From Nemertoderma westbladi (lineage: Eukaryota > Animalia > Xenacoelomorpha), in contig JAUCBJ010007180.1 of NCBI GenBank assembly GCA_032718475.1, positions 18,159 to 82,158 on the forward strand: a stretch of DNA of 64,000 nucleotides, given 5' to 3'. The position numbers and the translations under genes were made by a program. The notes under the pieces are model-generated. The model was not told the DNA's origin. It worked only from the letters and a program-made list of their open reading frames with translations, and did no database searches. Shown here piece after piece: positions 13,453 to 23,723 of the stretch (position 1 is the stretch's first letter; the number at the start of each line of letters is the position of its first letter).

Positions 13453-13820
13453 CTAAAGAACCAGAGTGAGGCCAGCTGCAGTCATGACGTGGACCAATGG
13501 GATGACCAGGTTGTTGCCATCATTGTTGCTTGTTGGGTTGACCTTGTTGTCTTCATCATTGATGCTATCTGTAGATGGGTAGTCCGTGTTGTCTTCATCA
13601 TTGATGCTAGCTGTAGATGGGTAGTCCGTGTTGTCTTCATCATTGATGTTAGCTGTAGATGGGTAGTCCGTGTTGTCTTCATCATTGATGCTAGCTGTAG
13701 ATGGGTAGTCCGTGTTGTCTACATCATTTATCGGTGAGTCGACGTTCTGGTTGCATTTATCAGTATCGCAGCAGTGTATGGCGCAGACGGCGTCTTTCTC
13801 TACTTTTTTGATTGTATGTG
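13453..13820 (-). CDS. Terminal exon of a probable GPI-anchored Ly6/uPAR (three-finger) protein, paralog 1
   Basis: Acceptor TTCGTTTCAG (AG at 13822-13821) opens a phase-1 frame: HTIKKVEKDAVCAIHCCDTDKCNQNVDSPIND-(14-aa DNTDYPSTASINDE-type repeat x4)-DNKVNPTSNNDGNNLVIPLVHVMTAAGLTLVL-stop. It has the CCxxDxCN motif, a polar stalk and a hydrophobic C-terminal tail. Not in the ORF track (no start codon). Confidence 0.7.
13545..13730. repeat. 42-bp coding minisatellite (~4 copies)
   Basis: GTTGTCTTCATCATTGATGCTAGCTGTAGATGGGTAGTCCGT repeated in tandem; absent from the paralog at ~54850-54930. Confidence 0.9.
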
Positions 13821-14659
13821 CTGAAACGAATGTAATTTGATGTACAGTAGTTGAGGTTAAACAAAATCATAGTTTTAATATAATTACCCCAATTTAACAC
13901 AAGGATAAGGATTTAACAAGGTGTAGTAAAATAAATTAAGTCTAGTACTGGAGGTATTTAGGTTAATCTTGTATACAATATTGAAGTATTAAAATGGGTA
14001 TAATATGGTGTGAGTAAGAAATTAAGGAGTGGAGGAGTGGAGTCAAGTAAGCAAACAGAGGATGAAAGAACAATAACTACTGTAGTACTGCATGATATAT
14101 GGAATATATGACTGTGTGTTAGTACCGACACGACACGGCCGTGTAATTATCTTGGTGGAAGGTTGTGTACAGTAAAGGGGGGTGGATAATAAACTATTGA
14201 TAAAAGGTCATTCATTACATTGCTCGAGAGATAACGGTTGATATATTATGAGAGGTGTTAGTATAATAGGAGTCAGATGTTATCAATATTGTATTGTACC
14301 ATATAACCAGAGACTTGTTGGTGTAGTGGTTCATTTCTATATATTTATTATTGTGATATTTACTACATGAAATATCACTTCTCTCGGTACCATAAGCCCT
14401 TGATGATTTGAGTTCGAAGCAAATAAGTATAGTTAGTGCGATTTTGAAAAACATCTTAAAGTTTATATACAATCCGGAACGTTTCGTATAATTACTGTAC
14501 TTTATACATCATCAGCCGAAATAACAGTATAAATTAGGCCTAAAGAATTACACATAAGTATATTAATTAGATACTGCAAAAGTGAACGGAATTATAGTAT
14601 CTGTACTGCACAGTTTCTGTATATTATCTTCTTATATTATCTGTATACTATCTTCACTG

Positions 14660-15026
14660 AATATTGAACACGTTCGTGGGGCCTTCGCGCAGCACGAATT
14701 GAGCAAAGCCTTTAGCATATGGGCACCATTAATGAGTTGTCTGCCATTAGTCAGAAGTCTTCAACAAAATACTCGTCATCCTCTTGTTGTGCCTCGTTGC
14801 GTTCGTTTGTTTTTGACCAAACTTCAGATTCGTTCTAAACTTTTGCCGGACTACATATGTACCAAGTTTCGTTTAATTTCATCAAGGAATAACCGAGTTA
14901 TTAGTTAAATTTCCAAAAATCAAAAATTTACGAAGACGACGACAGACGACGACGACTATAACGACAGACAACTCTCCAATGGCACCCATATGCTAAGGCT
15001 TTGCTCACTTCGTGGCACGCCCCACA
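14660..15026 (+). mobile_element. DINE-1/HINE-like non-autonomous Helentron in the putative intron
   Basis: Sub-terminal inverted repeats ACGAATTGAGCAAAGCCTTTAGCATATGGGCACCATT and AATGGCACCCATATGCTAAGGCTTTGCTCACTTCGT, an ACCAAGTTTC core and a (GAC)n microsatellite. A homologous copy lies at ~56020-56232. Confidence 0.6.
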
Positions 15027-15179
15027 ATGTACCGGTTGGTTTGTGTGGGTAAAAGGGATTATTGGATTGGGGGGGTTTGCCAACAGTACTCACAGCTGAG
15101 AGAGAGGTAACTAACTTTTTGGGTGTAAAGGTGGAGGTGTTAATATTATATCGGTCATATATTTATGACAATTATGACA

Positions 15180-15526
15180 AGAGTCCCACAAAAAATGAAA
15201 ACAAATAAGTTGGTGCCAGTTCCCAAGAAGGGCAACCTAACACTATGGTTCTTTTCGGGGAATCTCATTGATCTCGATTGCTGCAAAGCTGTACAATAGA
15301 ATCCTATTAAATCGCACCAGGGATCCCATTGAGAGACTGCTCCGTGGAAATCAGAATGGGTTCCGTAAAGGTCGTGGGACCATGGAGCCCATTTGGGCAC
15401 TTAGAAGGATAATTGAAGAGTTATCAAAAAAGAAAGACAGGCATCTGGCTGTTATCTTAGTTGACTTTTTCAAGGCCTATGATTCAGTCTCTCGCTCACG
15501 TATGTTCAGCATACTTTTATTATATG
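15180..15526 (+). pseudogene. RTE-type LINE RT, 5' part (interrupted by element A)
   Basis: LVPVPKKG...RGISLISIAAKLYNRILLNR...QNGFRKGR...VDFFKAYDSVSR...LLLY; the frame resumes as YGIP at 50961. Confidence 0.9.
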
Positions 15527-16672
15527 TGTAAAGGCTTTTGCGTAATTAGCCGGTTATTTTCCCTGTAAAGTACTCTGTAGTTGGTTTAACAGGCATAAAA
15601 GGCCGTGTCCTTACTGTATTGTTGTTTTAGAGGACATAAAAGTAATTTCTTCTGTATGTGTACTTTAGCGGACATAATCCGCAATTTTATGACGCAATAA
15701 GCCGGATCCTCTTGAAACAGTGTAGCTACCATGACGACGGCTAACAGCTGATATTGCCATGTAGAACATCTCTTTGTTCTTTGTTCTCTCTTTGATCGAT
15801 CGACCAATCAGAGCGTTTTTTGCCTCTGTGTTAGATGGTAGATAAAAACTCTTGGAGTTGAGTCAGTATGTGATTTTTCCACAGCCTACAACACCGGCGT
15901 GGAACCTCCGTGTTTCAGTCTTTAGTTCAACATTAGTAGGCTTAATTATAGAACGTATATCCGTTATCAAACCAACTAACTTACTCACTGATCATATCAA
16001 TTCTTAACATTACTGCTTTGCTGTCGGTTATTCATTATATTTGTTGATGTAACATTATATTTGGAATACTGATAAACAATCAGACACCCCAATCTTCTTG
16101 ATATACTAAAGGTTAGAGAGACCGGATACATATAACGATTGCGACTTACATTAAGTGGTTTGAAGTGAATCTAATGCTATTTTATAGGCCCTACACGTAT
16201 TGTCTGTTGTTCTCCTTATATGTGACTAAAATTAGTGAAGGTCGGCAGATTAGTGTGCAGCATTGTGCAGTATTGTGTATGATTGTGATTGATAACGAAG
16301 CATCTCCTAAAGAATGCGCCATATACGTGAATCTATAGCCATCCCGTTGTGTCTGGTTTAAGTCATAACTCTGTTTATATATTTAAAGCGCCACGTCCTA
16401 AAGGAACTGTTAATATTTCCCGAAAGTGAATAATATTTGTCAGAGATTATATATACTAAGATCAGTCGAATAATACAGTAGGCCTATCCCGCAATACGAT
16501 TAGGCTTCCGAATCCAGTCTCCCGGGTATATCCAGCGGGTGAATGATCGCGCATAGACTGGTTTCGGCTAATGTAGTGTATCAAATATTTGTCGTAGGCT
16601 AAAGACTATCTATTATCTAGAAGACATCCTAATTTGGCAGGTTAAACTGCTAAAGGTCTGAAAGCGCGAACA
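15527..16672 (+). repeat. 5' LTR of element A (1146 bp)
   Basis: TGTAAAGG...GCGCGAACA. By eye it differs from 49815-50959 by 4 substitutions and a 1-bp indel. CCAAT box at ~15803 and TCAGT initiator-like motifs at ~15863 and ~15915. Confidence 0.97.
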
Positions 16673-16685
16673 ATAACAGATATAC
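16673..16685 (+). promoter_or_regulatory. Non-canonical primer-binding position of element A
   Basis: ATAACAGATATAC directly follows the LTR, with no TGG. It is 12/13 complementary to LTR bases 15955-15967 (GTATATCCGTTAT). Confidence 0.55.
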
Positions 16686-17017
16686 CGTCTAATTGCAGGG
16701 TAGGCAATAAATACAGTTTAATATTGTTCTGGTAAGAACAATAACAGACAAAGCTTCTGTATTGCACTGGGCAATAAAGCTGAAGTACCGGCAACCGGTA
16801 CCCAGTAGGCCTGACTACCTAACCACCCGGACCGGTACCTACAGCAGTACAGGTACAGCAGTATTATTCGATTTTGATAATTATATACCAGTAGGCCTTA
16901 ATATTTAATCAGGGACTGCAGCCCTGGTTTTTTATTGAGATTTTACTTATTTCTGTCAGATTTATTTACTTGTAGGTTAATATTGAGCAGAAGGCGTGTA
17001 AGCCTGCTCAGATTGTA

Positions 17018-17598
17018 CAGATAATTTGTAGGCTTGACTGTTGTCTAACTGTTGTTAAGTCTGAACGGATTGCAGTGTGTGTAGAGCATCTGTCCGATAA
17101 AGTGCTAGTTAGGAACGTAGGGGCTTCAAGTGCTGTGAGGTAAACCCCCTTTGAAAGAATAAGTCGTACTACTAGGTTAGAACGCATACTAACTAATCAT
17201 TTCGGAGTCTGCATATACTGTAGTTTATTTAGGCTTGATAGTAGTCTGCCATCGTTTGGTCTGTACTTTGTTTGTGTAGTCTGTACAGGTAGCGTATAAT
17301 TCTTATTTAGATAATTTGTAGGCTGGATAGTTGTCTGGCTGTTGTTAGGTCTGAGGAAATTTCGGTGTGTGTAGAGTGTATGTCCGATAAAGTGCCAGTT
17401 GGGAACGTAGGGGCTTCCAGTGCTGTGAGGTAAACCCCCTCTGAAAGAATAAGTCGTACTACTAGGTTAGAACGCATACTAACTAACCATTTCGGAGTCT
17501 GCATATACCGTAGTTTGTTTGGGCTTGATAGTAGTCTGTCAGTGTTTGGTCTGCATTTTGTTTGAGTAGTCTGTACGCGTAGCGTAATATTTATTATT
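17018..17598. repeat. ~290-bp tandem duplication in the 5' leader of A
   Basis: AGATAATTTGTAGGCT... begins at ~17019 and ~17309. The same duplication is present in B at ~34630-35210. Confidence 0.9.
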
Positions 17599-18529
17599 CA
17601 GAGTTTATGCGATTATTCGCAACATTCATTCCCCAAGTTTATTCCTACAGTAATTGTGCTTGTTATATATACCGTTACAGTTAAACTAACCCCGGTACTA
17701 CATCAGGGCTGCTTGGCGTAGGTAAAGACTGGAGATTTTATGCTTTGGTCACTCCGGCAGATACCGTGGTTCTTTTAGCTGTTCAAGTATTTTTAACTAC
17801 TGATTATTTGTTGTACAAGTACTTGTACCTAATTTAGGGTTTAGTGTACAGTGCTTTCCGAAGGTAATTAGCGTGTAGGCAGTATATTTGTGTTGTTAAT
17901 AGGCACATTGGTTCTGGTAGACCGCAGTAATTAACTTCTGGGTAGGAACACTCCGTGATACATAACGTAGTACTTATAGCGATACGGCTATAAGTCGTCA
18001 GACGGTGGTATTTTCCTATCTGGACAACGCAATATATTTACTACTGCTTGTTATTTTCAAATACCGTAGTACCCTGTCCGTTGTAATAACCAGATATTCT
18101 AACCCTTTGTTAGGCTGGTTTGTAGACTTCTTGTAAAATTACCCTAAAAAATTCGTACTTGTAAATTTTGTGTTTATTTAGAGATTGTAATTTCACCCGA
18201 ATTGTACGTAATTTGTAGTATTAAGTAACTTAGGTAAATTAGAATTATTTGTTTTAGTGTCCAACAAGTAGCACTCCACTGAGAGCGCACAGCTTCTGTG
18301 TAGTGACTCCCCCCAGAAATAATAACATTTATTTCAAATATTGACAAAACCCATTTTAACGGGTATATATATATTATAAATCAACTCAAACGATTTATAA
18401 ATAGTAGGCCTGCCATACATCAATTAGGTCTAAATATCAGTTGGACTACTGCTTAAATAGCGGTAATAAAGTAAGTTAAAGTAACCAAGTAACCCCTGAA
18501 ATTTCAGAAATTCAATTATTCTAAAATAA

Positions 18530-18790
18530 TTGACATACCGGTATTTACAATAGGCTTATTATATTTATTTCTATAAATTTAGGCTGAAATTATACCGGTA
18601 TTCTGTAATTAATTCTAGTTAATAATTATACTTATATATACTATAAGTGTAAACTGCATACCGGTATCCACGATAGGCCTATTATATATTTATATATATT
18701 TGTGCTGGAATTATACCGGTATTCTGTGACAAACCTAGTCTGTAATAATACTTATATATATACTATAAGCATACCGGTATTCTAATATAT
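18530..18790. repeat. ~123-bp degenerate repeats built on the ATACCGGTAT palindrome, just upstream of gag
   Basis: ATACCGGTAT occurs five times at ~55-65-bp spacing; homologous region in B at ~33420-33700. Confidence 0.75.
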
Positions 18791-18916
18791 TATATATATA
18801 TCACGCTACACTGAGTAGCAGTATCGGTAATTAATTATTAGGCTAACAGTGATACTGAATTACTAGACTTGCTTAAACTGTAATATAGCAGTAGGCATTC
18901 AACTGTACAAACCAAC

Positions 18917-21451
18917 ATGTCTGACACAAAGCAAAACCTGTCAGACAGTCTCCTAGATACAACCATATGTGACCCAGACAGGAGTGTGGAACGAGTAGGA
19001 CCGAAGTTCAAATCACCTCCTACTGTAAGAAAGATCATCCCTCCCGTAGTAATATCAGACCCTAGGCTAGTCCAACATCGTAGGTCTATCATAGGCACTC
19101 GAGCTCAGGTCAAGCGGGACCAAGAAGCAGCAGAACAGCAACAACCCGTGAGCCAAGAACTTATTTCTCAGCGGCCCGACAGCTCCAGTAGTGAGGATAC
19201 TGTAGAGCTGACACCCGAGCGCGGAGCAAAGATGATGATGCGGTTTATTCGGATCCCCTTCTCATTCTTCCTGCATCCGTACTCACTAGTTTATTGACTG
19301 CGGTGGAAGAACACCAGATTGATTGGGCGAGAAATAAGCGATCGACTAAAGATAGTTATGCGGGATATACAAGGGAAGAACTGAAGTCTATTGTCGAGTC
19401 GCAATGGAACTTCCCCGGACCCGGACTCCCGTTTGATTTATCAGAAGCTGCCTGGGAAGACATACACAGGATGGGAGTAACCAAAGAAACCATCGATCCA
19501 GCTGTGTGGAAGAGGTCCGCAGCAGGATACGTACAGGGATTCTTCAGCTCCATGGAACGATTAAAAGAACAACTGTTTCAACAACCCCAAGGACCTCAAG
19601 AGCAGGGACAACTGCTTTATCAAGTTAGAGAAAGAATTCTACGAATCAGGCTAATCTTATCGGCCTTTGAGGAAGCTTCTAAAAGAAGACAAGACACGTC
19701 GTTGCAAGTTGCCGTAAAGACTTGGTTTCAACAGGTGAGTCTCCAGGTTCAAGGAACAGCTCAGTGGAAAGCTCAGCTAGATGAGCGCTCAACCCATGGA
19801 GAATCAACAGACGCTACTTTTTCCCAAGTGGAAAGTGAAGCGACGGCAGAGAAACCGCATAAGAGGGATGCCATTGACATCTATCTGTCAGACTATCAAC
19901 GTTTTTTAGGTGATGAAGAGTTGAGGAGAAGGTTAGATGGACTTAGCCCTAATAGTGAAGGAGCCCAGCGTGTGTTGGACGCCATCGATGTGGATATGAG
20001 AGCTGCGAACCAAGCTAGATTTGATGAACGCCTCCGCATCACTAGAGTCCAAGAGGAACAAGTAAAGAAAAAACGTATAGAAGACAGAAAGACAGCAGCA
20101 GTGGCAGCAGCAGTAGCAGCGGCAGAAGCGGAAAGAAAAGCGGCAGCGGCAGCAGCAGCGGCAGAGGTAGAAGCGGAAAGAAAGGCGATAGAAGTGGAAA
20201 GAAAGGCGGTAGAAGTGGAAAGAAAGGCGGCAGTGGCAGCGGCAGAGGCAGTGGCAGAAACAGAAGGGAGAGCGGCTGAAGAAACCACCCAATTAGAATT
20301 GGAAAACATTCAGGAGAATCAAGACTGCATAAATAAACAGTTAACAGCTAGTAATATGCAGATGATGAATCGATCTACTCCCAAAAGACAGGGATATACA
20401 TCATCTGAGGAAGGCGATACCACCGATACTGAAGGCAAAGGAAATAGATCTCGTCTAAGCAGACGTAGAAGAACATCCCACCGTCAGAAATTGCCTGATT
20501 TGCCTCCAGCGGTTAGAAGGCAACTAAATAACACAAACTTAGGTAGTACAGAACCCACAGACCAAATAATTAAAATAGAAAGACTCCCTACTATAGTAGA
20601 TGAGCCTGAAATAATTAGGCCTGTTCCCGAAGCCACCCTTTCGGTGGTAGAGACACCTGTACTCCCTGAACCTACCCCTAAATTCCCTCTGCACAGCACT
20701 AAGCTACCTGTGCCCAGCAGAACAGCCCATGAGACAATCCATGTTCTGGACTCCGAGCGAAATATTAATGATTTGTCGCCCGTTGTCCCTCGTCCGCCCG
20801 CTACAACGTTGGCGGCTCCCGCTTCGGCGGTCGAGTGGGTGGATGAGAGATGACGGGGGATGGATCTCCTGCTCGGGCAGATGCAGGAGACCATTCAGCA
20901 ATTCAAGGGCACAGTAAGGGAAAGTAGGTTAGAGTTGCAAGAAGTGCAGCAAAGTATCGCGTTAGAACGCGATAAATTAGTAAATACACAAAAGGGTATA
21001 CCACCACCCCCGGTAACAATGTGTCAACCTGTTAGGTCTGAAGTATCTCATGCGCAAGGTGTGGAGCCTACACGCATATATACTGCTAGCGAAGTAGAAA
21101 CTCCTATAGTGAACCCTATTAAAGGTAATTATAGACCTGTTGATAATGATATTCCCTATAGACCTGATCATAATCCGAGAAATTTATATACCGATAACTC
21201 GATATTAAATAACACGATGGCCCAAGAAAGTTTTACGCGTCAAATGGCTAGAACCGAAGCCCGGCAAGCGGTAAAGGTGGGAGAGATAGTCAAGTTCAAT
21301 GGAGATGAGATGAAATGGTTACCTTTTAATGAATATTACAAAGATAACATACAGAACTCTGTGCTATCTAATGGAGAGAAACTTAGATTCCTCATCGAGT
21401 GCTTGGAAGGATCTCCCAAGCTAATGGCGTTAAAGTTTATTGGACATCCAG
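18917..21451 (+). pseudogene. gag: Element A gag-pol, N-terminal part
   Basis: ATG 18917 (MSDTKQNLSD, same as B). Frameshift at ~19235, TGA at 20851. Coiled-coil Ala/Glu region, then BEL gag DUF1759-like KFNGDEMKWLPF. Cut by B at ...FIGHP. Confidence 0.93.
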
Positions 21452-22663
21452 TGTACGCGCTTTTGAAGACCTTTAGCAGTTTAACCTGCCAAAATTTATA
21501 TGTCTTTTGGTTTATAAATAGACTTTAGCATATGACAAGTATTTAATACCAATAAACACAACATTAGCCGAAGCCAGCCTAGTGCGCGTCCATTCACCCG
21601 CTGGATATACCCGGGAGACTGGATTCGGAGGGCTTAGATTGTTATTGCAGTGTAAGCTTACTGTATTATTCGATTGATCGTTAATAAATAATTTCTGACG
21701 AGTATTATTCACTTTCGGGAAATATTAACAGTTCCTTTAGGACGTGGCGCTCTATCTAGGTAAACAGAGATATGACTTATACTAAACACAACTGTAAGAC
21801 TGTAAGGCTTATGATTCACGTATGAGGCGCATTCTTTAGGAAATGCTTAGTTATCAGCCACAATCATGCACACTACCGGTAACGCACGATACTGCACACT
21901 AATCTGCCGACCGTCAATGAATTTTATCATATATAAAGAGAACAGCAATTGACTCATGTAGTGCCTATCAAATAGCATTAAACTCACTACAAACCACGAT
22001 AATATAAGTCGCAATCGCTATATGTAACCTGTCTCTCTAACCTGTAGTGTATCAAGAAAATTGGAAAATTTGGGTTATTTATCGATGTTCTCCAAGTAAT
22101 AATATTCAACCAAACAACAGTAAAACCATTAAGACGGTAGGTTAAGATATGATATGACAATGTACCGATAATGTAACAATGATACGATCTGCCGATCCGA
22201 TTGGGTTGATTGAGTTGTTAAGGTTGATAACAGTTATACGTTCTATAATCTAAGCCTACTAATGTTTCTTCTAAAGTCTGAAACGAATTGACTCCAGAGC
22301 CGGTGTTCTTGGCCTAGATAGAAACAACAAAACTATAACACAGAAAACTATAAGACTGAACACTCCTAGCACGATCTGTAGAATATCTCCACATCGACAG
22401 TAAAAATCGCCCTGATTGGCTGTTAAGCTAAACAAAGAACCATGTGTCCAATGGCCGTTTCCATGCCAGCAACCAGCTGTTAGATGTCGTAATCTGAATC
22501 ATCAAGGCTACACTGTGCTAGAGTATTTGACGCATTCCGGGTTTTGTGCCTTGCCATGTCCGACAAAGCACACATATAGAAGAATGACTTTTATGTCCGT
22601 TAAAACACCTACAACGGTACTTTGCGGGCAATGGAACTGATTATATCCGCAAAAGCTTTTACA
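21452..22663 (-). repeat. 3' LTR of element B (1212 bp)
   Basis: Matches 35575-36765 except ~9 substitutions and a 21-bp indel. Preceded on the minus strand by PPT-like TGGGAGCGG (22664-22672). Confidence 0.97.
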
Positions 22664-22741
22664 CCGCTCCCAGAAAATGGGATTCAAGTCTATAATTATA
22701 CAAAAATCACAGTTTCTAATATACGTAAATACTCTAAACAG

Positions 22742-23723
22742 TTAGTCTTTCTTGCGCGGACGGCGTTTACGCAGTTTTTTAAAGCTGACCAGAGTCTTTT
22801 TCTCTTTGGGGCGAGCCACTTTACAAGGAGGGCTATAACTCCTGGGTGAAGGGTGCAATATGATTGCATCAGAGGGTGTAGGATTATGGTCGGTGTATCC
22901 GCCAGTCGAAGTGCCGGGTTGATTGACATCAACGTCGGGGGAGAGTGGTCTAACGGTCTTGAGAGCGCGTTTTAGGACGGCCGCTCTTACGGGTCCTTTA
23001 CGAGTGGTCTGAACGAGAGCCGTGGGTGGACCATAGGCAGTCAGAAACTTCCTGGGTTTAATGGTTCTTTCCAACTCGCGCTCACGGGCTCGGTATTCGT
23101 AAGGCCGTCGATATACTTCCTGTAACTCGGGGTGTGAGTCAACAAATAAGTCTCCATAGTCCGGATCCTGACGGATATAATTGATTAAGTTATAGGAATG
23201 AAGGTCGCTAGGATTAACACTCCTGAGAAATTTGCGTACGAACTTGGTTGAAATACATTCTCCGACGCGCTTCAGTAGTTCGTAACTCGATATGCGGGAT
23301 TTCTGTTTGACAGAAGCGAATAGATAAGGATGGAACGCATAAACTCCTTCGTAAGCGTGTCCAGGATAATATATTTTTCGTGTTCTATTCTCAGTTTATC
23401 GTTACGACTCCGCTGGGTATGATATTTAAATAGAACCATTTCCCTTTCGGTGTCTACATCGTCAGTATCATGCAAGTCGATAGGATGGCCGGTAGTTAAG
23501 AAGTCCATATACGTACCATTACGATGCGTATAGCGAGTGGTGAATTTTCGATAGTCCAATTCACGCGTAAGTTGCTCTTGGGACATCGGCGGTTCGATAT
23601 AACGACCATCGTCCTCCGTAATGGTTGGATCGGCTTCACTGCGTATCAAGCTATCCACAAATGCTTGTAAAGGTAAGTATATCGCTCCCTGATACCAAGA
23701 TCATCTTCTATCAACTCCGTCAT
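22742..23723 (-). pseudogene. Element B accessory ORF region, internally deleted (~2 kb): ORF3a joined to the ORF3b C-terminus
   Basis: ATG 23723 (MTELIEDDLGIRE, then a 1-bp frameshift) is homologous to 46768-47115. At ~23375 it jumps to sequence homologous to A ~49100-49727, ending KKLRKRRPRKKD. Confidence 0.88.

Noticed and set aside
13414-13737. ORF-track proteins 13414-13737 (+), 13482-13685 (-) and 54728-55022 (+)
   Set aside because: Shadow frames of the Ly6-like exon and its minisatellite; only the CC..CN frame is conserved with splice site and stop in both copies.
14215-14472. 85-aa ORF with a signal-peptide-like start as first exon of the Ly6-like gene
   Set aside because: Absent from the paralogous segment, lacks the LU cysteine pattern and ends in tandem stops.
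16673-16690. tRNA-Asn half as primer (TAACAG complements the CUGUUA anticodon loop)
   Set aside because: Complementarity stops after 6 nt; the following bases differ between A and B and do not match the tRNA stem.
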